Shown here: positions 18,170 through 27,316 of the stretch, piece after piece
How positions within the stretch are numbered: position 1 is the first letter of the stretch
Layout: every line of letters starts with the position of its first letter
Source: an uncultured Pseudomonadales bacterium
GTDB lineage: Bacteria > Patescibacteriota > Microgenomatia > UBA1400 > PJMF01
DNA: 64,000 nt
Assembly (NCBI GenBank): GCA_964406075.1
Contig: CAYOQI010000006.1
Coordinates: forward strand, 2,529-66,528
Direction of reading: 5' to 3'
The notes under the pieces: generated by a model
Told to the model about the DNA's origin: nothing
Databases searched by the model: none
Seen by the model: only the letters and a program-made list of their open reading frames with translations
Translations under genes and position numbers: made by a program

Positions 18170-19921
18170 ATGGATAGTCGTTTCTTCTCTGAAAAAAAGC
18201 TGAAAACACTCCTTTTTGTGGTGTCTTTTTCTTTTGTTTTTTCTCAAATCTACAACAGTAAAAGCGTAGTTCCAACCAACCTTCTCCAATATCTAATATC
18301 CAATATCCAATCACCAACATATGCCATCGACCCTGTCGAAGAACTCCAGAATCAGATTAATGAACTAGATAAACTTAAAAAGCTATCTGAAGATGCAACC
18401 AAACCTCTCGAAAAAGAAATTGCTTCACTCAACCAACGCGTGAAAAATGCCCAAGCAGGAATTGACACTGCCAAGAAACAAGCAAGCACTCTAGCAGAAA
18501 ATATTGAGGAACGAGAAAACATGCTGGCAGATCAAATTGCACTCTTCTCTTATCGAGTGTCTGAACGGTATAAACAATCTCGCACTACCTCCCCTATTAC
18601 ACTACTACTAGCATCTACCAACGCCAATGATTTGACTCGAGATTTAGCCTATAAATCTTCAGCTGAGGAACAAGATAAACAACTCATTCAGAACCTGGGC
18701 GGTCAAATTTCAAAATTAGAAGAAGATAAAATAAAACTTGAAAGTGATCAGGTAAAGCTCGCTTCTCTTCAAACGCAATTGAACTCCCAGGCTGCTTTTT
18801 TCAAAAAAGAAGTTTCCGGCGCCAAAGCCTATCAACAAGAATTAACTGGCCAAATTGCCGCCATTTCTTCAAAACAACAGGAAATTATTAATGCCAGATC
18901 TGGATCTTTTACTGCATCTATTGGTGATAGCGAACTCGCCGATGACATTAATGCCTCGATCAAAGGATTTCGTGATTCTGCTCCTGCTGGTAGTTTTGCG
19001 GTGTTTTCATTTGGTGGGCACACTCATCGCAAAGGTATGAGCCAATATGGAGCTCGAGGTAGAGCTCAGGCTGGGCAAGACTTTAAAACAATTCTAAAAG
19101 CCTACTATGGGAAAGAGCCTGTCAGTAAAGATACTGGCGGAAGCATTAATGTGGCTGGACATGGGAGTATGGATTTCGAGACGACATATCTGTATGGGAT
19201 CGCTGAGATGCCTGCTAGCTGGCACAAAGAAGCTCTCAAAGCTCAAGCTGTGGCTGCTCGAACCTATGCGTATCGATATAAAGTGGACGGCAAACAAATT
19301 TGTACGACTGAAGCCTGTCAGGTTTTTAATCAATCAAAATCAAATAACGCACCGGAAGCGTGGAAAAACGCTGTCAATGAAACCAAAGGCCAAGTTCTCG
19401 AGGACGTTGTGACCTATTACGCTTCTACTCATGGTGGATTTGCTTCTCCCATTGGTTGGGATACCACTGACGGATCTGGTGGAGGCAACTTTATAGATAA
19501 ATCCTACGACAAGCTTGGTGGTTCACCTTGGCTTTACAAAGCCTGGTATACCAAAGGATACAGTTCTTCATCTGATAAATGTGGACGGTCCAATCCTTGG
19601 CTAAATGGTGAAGAGTTGGCCGATATCATCAATGCCGCCCGATTCAGAGATGATCGAGTGACTCCGATTACCACTTCCTGTTGGGGAGGAAATCCATACA
19701 GTCACGCCGAGCTGAGGGCTAAATCCGATGGTCCTTCTCGAGTAACCAGTGTCCGGGTCGAACAAGGCAATGGCGTTACTAATCGTGTGGTTTTCCAAAC
19801 AGATAAAGGTGAAATCAGCCTATCTGGAAGCGAGTTCAAGACTGCTTTCAGTCTGAGAGCTCCAGGCTATTTAGCCATCCCCCAAAGTAGCTTTGCCTTT
19901 TTCAATATCGAACAGAAGTAA
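18170..19921 (+). CDS. Membrane-anchored coiled-coil plus SpoIID/LytB-domain cell-wall remodelling protein
   Basis: N-terminal TM 'LLFVVSFSFVFSQIY' and a ~200 aa coiled coil. SpoIID blocks 'GMSQYGARGRAQAG', 'EALKAQAVAARTYA' and 'CTTEACQVF'. Confidence 0.75.
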   Translation: MDSRFFSEKKLKTLLFVVSFSFVFSQIYNSKSVVPTNLLQYLISNIQSPTYAIDPVEELQNQINELDKLKKLSEDATKPLEKEIASLNQRVKNAQAGIDTAKKQASTLAENIEERENMLADQIALFSYRVSERYKQSRTTSPITLLLASTNANDLTRDLAYKSSAEEQDKQLIQNLGGQISKLEEDKIKLESDQVKLASLQTQLNSQAAFFKKEVSGAKAYQQELTGQIAAISSKQQEIINARSGSFTASIGDSELADDINASIKGFRDSAPAGSFAVFSFGGHTHRKGMSQYGARGRAQAGQDFKTILKAYYGKEPVSKDTGGSINVAGHGSMDFETTYLYGIAEMPASWHKEALKAQAVAARTYAYRYKVDGKQICTTEACQVFNQSKSNNAPEAWKNAVNETKGQVLEDVVTYYASTHGGFASPIGWDTTDGSGGGNFIDKSYDKLGGSPWLYKAWYTKGYSSSSDKCGRSNPWLNGEELADIINAARFRDDRVTPITTSCWGGNPYSHAELRAKSDGPSRVTSVRVEQGNGVTNRVVFQTDKGEISLSGSEFKTAFSLRAPGYLAIPQSSFAFFNIEQK

Positions 19922-19936
19922 CTGTATAATCTCCTC

Positions 19937-21034
19937 ATGCTTCTTCAGGACGTTACCCTCTTCCACTATCGAAACTATGATCAGAAAAAGTTTGAGTTTC
20001 CTCAGAAAACAACCTTAGTCATTGGGAATAATGGCCAAGGTAAAACAAACTTGTTGGAAGCGATTGCTTTTTTTTCAACTGGTCAAAGTATTCGCGGTGC
20101 CACCATTGATGACTGTGTTCAACTGAATCGTGAGTACGGTCAGATCTCAGTCAGCGTTCTAAACAACAAAGAGGAGTCTCATTTAGAAATTCTTCTCAGT
20201 CATGGAACAATTCAAGGACGAAAAACCTCTAAAGTTGTTTACTCTATTAATAATGTTCGCAAACAGAAACGAGCAGTCATTGGTTTGCTTCCCACAGTGG
20301 CTTTCCTTCCGGAAGATCTTCGAATCATCACCGGCTCCCCTGCTCGTCGTCGTCAATTTCTCGATGAAATTTTGATCCAAATAGATGCTGAATACTCCAA
20401 TCATCTTGATCGATATACCCAAACTCTCAAACGCCGAAATAAAGTTTTAGAGCAAATACGAGATAATAATCTTTCTCACAACTCTTTGACTTTTTGGACT
20501 CAAGGTATTTTGAAGCACGGACAAGCTATCCAAGAAGCTCGACTCAATTTGGTTGAGCAACTCAATCAAACAGAGTTCCCGATTCAATTTTTCTTTCATT
20601 ACGATCCTTCAGTTATGTCTGAAGAACGCTTAGAAAAATATGCTCAAGCTGAAATCGCCGTCGGACACACCTTGGTCGGACCACAAAAAGATGATTTTGA
20701 GATTAAATTAGAGATCAGAGGCCAGAGATCAGAGGTTGAAATCAATAATCAATCCCCGATCTCAAATCTCCAATCTCTAGCATCTCATGGTTCTCGCGGT
20801 CAGCAACGACTCGGAGTTCTCTGGGCGAAATTAGGCGCGTTTCAAATTTTAGAAAAAAAGAATGGCTATCCTCCACTCTTGCTGCTTGATGATATTTTTT
20901 CTGAGTTAGATCAGCAACACCGACAGATGGTGTTACAACTGATTGAAAAGACTCAGACTATTATTACCAGCGCCGAAGAACTTGAAATGCTTCAGTTCCC
21001 AGAACTTTCGAACGCTACTATAATGCGATTATGA
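19937..21034 (+). CDS. recF: DNA replication/repair protein RecF
   Basis: 'FHYRNYDQKKFEF...VIGNNGQGKTNLLEAIAF' (Walker A) and the C-terminal 'LLLLDDIFSELD' (Walker B). Confidence 0.9.
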   Translation: MLLQDVTLFHYRNYDQKKFEFPQKTTLVIGNNGQGKTNLLEAIAFFSTGQSIRGATIDDCVQLNREYGQISVSVLNNKEESHLEILLSHGTIQGRKTSKVVYSINNVRKQKRAVIGLLPTVAFLPEDLRIITGSPARRRQFLDEILIQIDAEYSNHLDRYTQTLKRRNKVLEQIRDNNLSHNSLTFWTQGILKHGQAIQEARLNLVEQLNQTEFPIQFFFHYDPSVMSEERLEKYAQAEIAVGHTLVGPQKDDFEIKLEIRGQRSEVEINNQSPISNLQSLASHGSRGQQRLGVLWAKLGAFQILEKKNGYPPLLLLDDIFSELDQQHRQMVLQLIEKTQTIITSAEELEMLQFPELSNATIMRL

Positions 21035-21888
21035 TTCCCGCAGATTTCACGCAGTATTTCCGCAACATCGAGTTACCAAAGTCCAATTCTCATAAAGGTC
21101 AGAATGGGAAAGTCATGGTGATTGGTGGAAGTGAACTTTTTCATGCCGCCAGCCAATGGGCACTGACTGTCGTCTCTCGAATGGTTGATATGGTGTTTTA
21201 CTCGTCAGTTCCTAGTAACAACGACCTCATCCAAGACGCCAAAAAACATTTTCCCAATGGGATAGTCATTCCTCGCAACGAGATTGAAAATTATATTGAA
21301 GAAGCTGATGTGGTTTTAATCGGACCAGGAATGGAAAGAATCCAAGAGACAGAAGATCTGACCAACTCTTTACTGAAAAAGTATGCCGATAAAAAATGGG
21401 TGATCGATGCTGGAGCTTTGCAAATGATTGATCCAAAGTTGCTAAAAGCGAATCACATCATTACTCCTCATCCGGGAGAGTTTGAACGAGTAGCGAAAAA
21501 GATTGAAAAAAAATTTGAATCTGAAAAATGGCGACAAGAAATATTTTTACAAAATCCAATGTCCAATTACCAACTACCAATTACTATTTCATCGACAGTT
21601 TTACTAAAAGGTCCTACTGATTTAGTTTTCAACGCTAAACAGCAAAAGAAGGTAACAGCCGGAAACGAAGGCATGACCAAAGGTGGAACGGGTGATGTTT
21701 TAGCCGGACTCGTTGCGGGACTATATTGTTTTACCGATGATCCCTTTTCTGCTGCAATTGTCGGAAGTTATATTAATAAAAAAGCTGGTGATGAGTTGTA
21801 TAAAAAAGTCGGGCCGTTTTTTAATGCTACTGATCTTGCCAATCAAATTCCACAGACACTTGCCAACACTTTTGAGTACACCTCATAG
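21031..21888 (+). CDS. ADP-dependent NAD(P)H-hydrate dehydratase (YjeF C-terminal / carbohydrate-kinase-like)
   Basis: 'SHKGQNGKVMVIGGS' and 'GGTGDVLAGLVAGL'. 4-nt overlap with recF. Confidence 0.8.
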   Translation: MIPADFTQYFRNIELPKSNSHKGQNGKVMVIGGSELFHAASQWALTVVSRMVDMVFYSSVPSNNDLIQDAKKHFPNGIVIPRNEIENYIEEADVVLIGPGMERIQETEDLTNSLLKKYADKKWVIDAGALQMIDPKLLKANHIITPHPGEFERVAKKIEKKFESEKWRQEIFLQNPMSNYQLPITISSTVLLKGPTDLVFNAKQQKKVTAGNEGMTKGGTGDVLAGLVAGLYCFTDDPFSAAIVGSYINKKAGDELYKKVGPFFNATDLANQIPQTLANTFEYTS

Positions 21889-21932
21889 ATCTGCATTCCC
21901 TACACCAGTTCTAGGAGATATAATCGAAGAAC

Positions 21933-24900
21933 ATGGATCTAATAACTCAAAAAATCCCCGAGACTGTTAAATTAATTAGCAAATACGAAAAACGTCAAGA
22001 TGCTAGGTTAAATTTTCGTATTGCATCTGACTCTTTTTACTTTAACCCTCAATTCCTCACTCAACTTCGAGAAACTCTAGAAGATTTTAAGGCCAAACGT
22101 AATACATCTGAAACAGTACGTGTACATTTAGAGAGTCTTGGAATTGATGAAGTTGTTCTTTTCCGTGATTTTCGTAAATTATTCAATGTCATTATTACCC
22201 ACATCAACGAAGCAGATACTTTTATACAGTTTGATCCAAATCAACTTTTTTACGATGAAGAACTTTCTCCAAATGCCGATGATGACTCGGTTCGACATCA
22301 TGATGATCAAGGAATTGAAACCTATGAACTTCTAATTGATGAATTTAACTCTATTCATAAAAGAATTGAAGCTGGAGAAACCTCAGAAGAAATTGCTAGA
22401 GAACCTCGTCGAAAAGAAGAAATTAAAAAAGCTGTTGGAGAAAAAGGCGATACAGAAAAAGCTGCAAAGATACTTGCTGAATTACTCGCAGGACAACAAT
22501 CAACACAGACAGGTGGTGGTGAAGGTCAAACGGTATATCCAACAACTCCTTTAAATCAAAATGTTGTTTCTGCTTCACCATTTACTCCTGAACAAGCCTC
22601 TGTCGAATCAAGCATCGAACATGCCTTGGAGATGCTCCTTATTCGCGAAGTCGCTCGTGAGACAGTCATTCTCGAAAATCTTGTTATCAACACCTATGAC
22701 TTGTCCAAGTATGGCGTTACGAATCTTCCGCAAGGTTTAGAGGAAGTCATTCGAGCAAAAGTTCGTGAATCGATTCTGGGCTTAGATATTCACAAGTATT
22801 TAAAAGCTGATGGAACTTTGGATCAAACCAAGATTATCAGTCTCCGTGCCCACCTGATTCGACACGCGCTTCCAGCAGTCATGCAAAGTGCAATTTTCCA
22901 AGTGGGACTGGCAGAAATGGTTTCCTCCAATGAACGAGCTGTCCAACTGGCAATTGAAGAAGAAGTTCTCAATCAACGCATTGATGCTACCAAAGCTTTT
23001 CAAGACGATACGTTTAAAGATTTTTTCAAAGAACAAGTAGCCTTAGAAGTAATTGCCAAAGGCCTCGATCCTCGAGACATCATTAAAAACGGTAAATATG
23101 CTGAGGTTTTCTCACAAATTGACACAGGTGAACAAAGTAATTTAATTCAAAAGATTAAAGAGAGAGCTGAAGATATTCAAAAGAATGGATTACCGGAACA
23201 TGACACACTGGCTGAAATTTTTAAGAAAACCTCTGTTGAATCTGCAACTGCCTCCGCAATTTTTAGTGACAGCACAATCATTGCCTCTCTCACTCAAGAA
23301 TTTATTGAGACGAATCAACGAATACCTCGAGATTTTAATGAGCTTTATCAAAAGCTTCCCAAAGACTATCAAGAGCTTTTTCAAGTGTTATCTCCCAAAG
23401 AGCAAAATCTTATTTACGTCCGGTTTGTGCGAGTGTCTGAACGAATTCAAGTTGTCCTTCCAAGCGTTGCAATAACTCAAGGTAAAAGATTAACCCAAGA
23501 TGAAGTCAAGCAGGTCAAACTTGCTTTAGTCGGAATGGGTGGGTTTTTCGTTTCCGCAGATGAGAAAACCGATGATCAAGCTGAAAAGAGTTATTCCGAC
23601 GGACAGAAGAATAATTTTAGTAAAGATGTTTTAAAAGTCGCAGCTATATCTCAGCTGACAGACCAACGTATTTTTGAACGTGTTGTTCAGTCTGCTTTAA
23701 AACAACAGGACATCGCCAAACTGTTAGAAAATTCTTTTGATTTAGAACGGTGGTTCCCTCCAGAATACAAAGAATTATTTTCAGTGATTCCTCCGCAGGA
23801 TCGTCAGAGGTATTTGGCCAAGGTCCTGCATGCAGTTGAACAAACGCCCAAAGGTGGGTTCGGTCGAATCCTCAAAGACATGGTTGGGAGAAGAAAAGAT
23901 TTAAGCGTTACCGACATCTCAACTCTTTTTAGCAACGTTGATTTTTCAAAACTTCCACAAGGTGGAAGAGTCATTACTCCACAAGAATTTTTACAATTAG
24001 GAATTTTTACTCCAGAACAACAGCGTGAACTTGCCCGAGTTCAAAAAAATAATCCTGAAGGCATAAAATTGTTGCTTCGCTCGCTCAGAAAAGTAACGGA
24101 CTCTGACAATGGTGGATTACTCAATGCACCTGCTTCACAGAAACTTCAAGAAAAATATGAGCAGATAAAATCTGATCGACAATTGATTGAATCCGGTTTA
24201 ACGCAGTTACTAAAATCTCATGGAATCGATGGTGCTGATCAGCAAGTCATACTTCGACTGCTTCATGCCTATGGTTTAACCAACTCCGCTATCCCGGATC
24301 TTCAGCCAAACATGGAAGCGCTCTACAAACAGTATGGTGGCCGGCTCAAGGGACGCATTGATGATTTACAGAGACAACTCAAGTCTGCAAGAAAAACCGA
24401 CAAAATTCGAGAACTCAACGAAGAGTTAATTCGCAGTCATGCATTGCTCAATAATTTAAAAAACTTCACTGAAGTATTAGCAACTTCTCAGATAGCTCAG
24501 CTTTCAGCCGAAGAATTTGTCCGACAAAAGAAGTCAGTTCGATTACAACAGCTCGCTGAACAAACCTCATCTGAAATGTCTCAAGGTGAACTTGAACAAC
24601 TCATTCAAGAAGAAGAGACTGCCCGACTCCTAGAAATGAATGCGTTGTTGGAACAATACAACGAAGCGGTCATTGCGGATGCAGTCTTCCAATCAGAGCT
24701 ACATAATCGAGATATCGCACACGTTCAGCAAGTGCACGCCCTCCGTGGATTGATGTTGGCTCAGATGAGTGAAGCCGACCAACGACAAATTGCAGATGCA
24801 TTAGAAGTAAATACTGAAAATCCTGACTGGATGGATCAACTCCGAACGAATGTTCAAGTCAGAGGTTTTGGCAACGATTTTCCCAATCTTGGAGCGTATA

Positions 24901-26486
24901 ACCAGTCCAGTTCTGCTCTTTCCAGATTGTCAAACTGGAGAGATCGACTAAATCGACTGAAGTCATTCAAAGGCAAAGCAGTTAAAAAGTTGGCGGGAAA
25001 AATTACCAAAGAAGGGCTTAAAAAAGTTGTTGTTGCGGTTGCTCCTGCACTAGGAGCTGGCGCGGCAGCCGCATTGATAGCTAAATTACTTGGAGCAACT
25101 GTTCAAGTTGCTGCTGGAGCCGGACTCGGCGGGGTTGTTGGCGGTGGTATCGGTTTCCTCGTTGGAGGACCGCTAGGTGCAGTAGCTGGTGGTGCAATAG
25201 GAGGTTTTCTTGGTGGTGCACTTAGTAGCTCAATCGGTGGGGAAACTCTCGTTGGTGGAAAAGCTTTAGCAAGTGATCTAGCAAGCACTGCGGGAAAAGC
25301 AGCTCAAACAGCAGGAAAAGCGTTAGTGGAAGGTGCCACAAACACCGTAACCGCTTCCACCATTTCTCCAACCCTAGGAGTTCCAGTCGGTGCTGTTGTC
25401 GGAGGGACCGTGGCCGGGATAGGTGCCCTCGGAGCTTTCACACTCATGACAGTTCTCGGTGCATTTCTCCCTGATGCCAGCTCTGAATTCGTAGGGTCGG
25501 GTGAAATTTCCCGATTTGTAGAAATTCGAAAATCTGCTTCACCTAAAGCGATTAATAATAATGAAGAAAGAGAGATTAATTACACCATCACAATTTCACC
25601 GAAGGCTGGGTATACCATTACTCCTACGGATATTACCGATACTTTTAGTTATTTAGGTGGGACAAGTCTTTCTTTAACAGATCAAACAGCCCAAATTCTG
25701 AGTTTGTCGGACGGACCAAAAATCGGACAAGCAATTACAGAACCAATCACTTTTAACTACAGTACCTCAATGCAAGGCGTCGATGTTTTAGTGATCAATA
25801 AATTCACACTTGCTTTTACGGCTACAAGAGAAGGTGAATCAGAAGTTGATGAGCTGTCTCGCTCTGCTTCAGTTCGAATTGGAAATCCGAAAGTTGGGTG
25901 CATTGAATTTGGACCCGGGGGATATTACTTCCAATCTGATAGACCTCAGACAACGATTGAGTGGCCTGAAGAAGATAAAAACAGACTTTTGGAAGCATTT
26001 ACTCGGAGACTAGGCACAAATACCTCAGCTATGGAACTACTTTGTGCTGATGGGCAACCTATTACAGTTTATCGACTAAACATACCAAGTGGCATAGGTT
26101 ATCATGGCTTTAAAAACGGGTTAACTTTAGGTTTCTATACTGCAGCATTTGGGAATAATGATAATTTAGAGTATGTACTCACACATGAGCTTGGACATAT
26201 TTTAGATGAAAAAAATCCAGGCCTTCTCCAAGAATTTGCCAGAGCTCAAACGACAAATGACTGCTTTAGTTATCCTTTTGGTTGTGCCGTAGCAGAAGCA
26301 TTTGCAGAAGGATTTGCCGACTTCATCGTCTATACCACCAGACCTTTTGGGGCATATGATGACCCTGGAACTCTAGGAAATGATGGCTACAACTTTAAAG
26401 CCCGGTGGCCAAATGAGTTTCAATGGTTCAAAGACAATGTATTTGGAGGAGAAGAGTGCGACGTAAGTAGTTGTACAGTTCAGTAA
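21933..26486 (+). CDS. Giant (1517 aa) membrane-spanning protein: ~1000 aa helical N-terminal region, Gly/Ala-rich TM block, C-terminal exodomain with an HExxH zincin-like motif
   Basis: Continuous 4.55 kb ORF. Gly-zipper-like hydrophobic region encoded at about 25021-25490 ('GAGLGGVVGGGIGFLVGGPLGAVAGGAIGGFLGGAL'). 'LTHELGHILDE' is encoded at 26184-26198. Cys-rich C-terminus. Confidence 0.65.
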   Translation: MDLITQKIPETVKLISKYEKRQDARLNFRIASDSFYFNPQFLTQLRETLEDFKAKRNTSETVRVHLESLGIDEVVLFRDFRKLFNVIITHINEADTFIQFDPNQLFYDEELSPNADDDSVRHHDDQGIETYELLIDEFNSIHKRIEAGETSEEIAREPRRKEEIKKAVGEKGDTEKAAKILAELLAGQQSTQTGGGEGQTVYPTTPLNQNVVSASPFTPEQASVESSIEHALEMLLIREVARETVILENLVINTYDLSKYGVTNLPQGLEEVIRAKVRESILGLDIHKYLKADGTLDQTKIISLRAHLIRHALPAVMQSAIFQVGLAEMVSSNERAVQLAIEEEVLNQRIDATKAFQDDTFKDFFKEQVALEVIAKGLDPRDIIKNGKYAEVFSQIDTGEQSNLIQKIKERAEDIQKNGLPEHDTLAEIFKKTSVESATASAIFSDSTIIASLTQEFIETNQRIPRDFNELYQKLPKDYQELFQVLSPKEQNLIYVRFVRVSERIQVVLPSVAITQGKRLTQDEVKQVKLALVGMGGFFVSADEKTDDQAEKSYSDGQKNNFSKDVLKVAAISQLTDQRIFERVVQSALKQQDIAKLLENSFDLERWFPPEYKELFSVIPPQDRQRYLAKVLHAVEQTPKGGFGRILKDMVGRRKDLSVTDISTLFSNVDFSKLPQGGRVITPQEFLQLGIFTPEQQRELARVQKNNPEGIKLLLRSLRKVTDSDNGGLLNAPASQKLQEKYEQIKSDRQLIESGLTQLLKSHGIDGADQQVILRLLHAYGLTNSAIPDLQPNMEALYKQYGGRLKGRIDDLQRQLKSARKTDKIRELNEELIRSHALLNNLKNFTEVLATSQIAQLSAEEFVRQKKSVRLQQLAEQTSSEMSQGELEQLIQEEETARLLEMNALLEQYNEAVIADAVFQSELHNRDIAHVQQVHALRGLMLAQMSEADQRQIADALEVNTENPDWMDQLRTNVQVRGFGNDFPNLGAYNQSSSALSRLSNWRDRLNRLKSFKGKAVKKLAGKITKEGLKKVVVAVAPALGAGAAAALIAKLLGATVQVAAGAGLGGVVGGGIGFLVGGPLGAVAGGAIGGFLGGALSSSIGGETLVGGKALASDLASTAGKAAQTAGKALVEGATNTVTASTISPTLGVPVGAVVGGTVAGIGALGAFTLMTVLGAFLPDASSEFVGSGEISRFVEIRKSASPKAINNNEEREINYTITISPKAGYTITPTDITDTFSYLGGTSLSLTDQTAQILSLSDGPKIGQAITEPITFNYSTSMQGVDVLVINKFTLAFTATREGESEVDELSRSASVRIGNPKVGCIEFGPGGYYFQSDRPQTTIEWPEEDKNRLLEAFTRRLGTNTSAMELLCADGQPITVYRLNIPSGIGYHGFKNGLTLGFYTAAFGNNDNLEYVLTHELGHILDEKNPGLLQEFARAQTTNDCFSYPFGCAVAEAFAEGFADFIVYTTRPFGAYDDPGTLGNDGYNFKARWPNEFQWFKDNVFGGEECDVSSCTVQ

Positions 26487-26498
26487 TTAGGATTCATT

Positions 26499-27092
26499 AT
26501 GGAAAAACCACTTAAAACAAAAACTACGACTCTTACATTTTGGAAAGAATATTGGTATGTAGCTGTAGGAATATTGATATTTGTGTTGCTGATCATTTCT
26601 CAAATCGTACGAATATTGACCCCAACAGTGGTACCTATTCAAGAAAATTCTTGGAAAGAAGTCACTCCTGGATACTCATCACTAGATCAAGTCACGGAAA
26701 AGCTCGGGCCACCACTTACTTCAGAGCCAACTAACCTTGGAACTGCACTGTATTATCAATCTGACTTCCCAGTCTATCCCAATGAGGTGATTATTGATCA
26801 GACCAATACCGTCCAATTTATCAAAGAATATATTGTGTATGATCCCAATCATCTACTTTCTCAATATATTGAACAATTTGGACAACCAGACCTCGAACTA
26901 TTCACTGAAGAAACTGGATCTGCAAGGCAAGCCAATGTCTTTTTAACGAAAGGGCTTGTCATCATTTCTCATATTTCAGGTGGAACCGTCGAACAAAAAT
27001 GGTACTTCACTCCCACGACAAAAGATGTATTCATGCGTTCCTGGGGAAATACACTCACAGACAAAGACGAAGGTCATGGATTTGCACCATAG
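26499..27092 (+). CDS. Bitopic membrane protein (N-terminal TM anchor plus ~150 aa exodomain), function unknown
   Basis: 'YWYVAVGILIFVLLIISQIV' TM segment. Tightly linked (12 nt) behind the giant gene. Confidence 0.5.
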   Translation: MEKPLKTKTTTLTFWKEYWYVAVGILIFVLLIISQIVRILTPTVVPIQENSWKEVTPGYSSLDQVTEKLGPPLTSEPTNLGTALYYQSDFPVYPNEVIIDQTNTVQFIKEYIVYDPNHLLSQYIEQFGQPDLELFTEETGSARQANVFLTKGLVIISHISGGTVEQKWYFTPTTKDVFMRSWGNTLTDKDEGHGFAP

Positions 27093-27186
27093 TAAAAGGT
27101 GCTGAAATTATTTCATTTAAAATAAAGACCTAACTACCAAGCTTTGATATTTTTTAGTTTCTCTTTTTTTCTTTCAACTCGAACTC

Positions 27187-27239
27187 TTCACCCGTCAAAC
27201 TTTTTTGGCTTTTTTAGCCATAAAACTTAGTCGGGTGAA
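27187..27239. repeat. 53-nt imperfect inverted repeat (hairpin), 78 nt upstream of the PrgI-like gene
   Basis: Arms ttcacccgtcaaacttttttggct / agccataaaacttagtcgggtgaa pair at 19 of 24 positions, with the outer 8 bp perfect, around a TTTTT loop. Confidence 0.6.
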
Positions 27240-27316
27240 CCACTATCCCCTACTTCTTGATCGCGATACAATAGCAGTGATAAATAAAAATCGTTAAACG
27301 ACATAATTCATTACTC

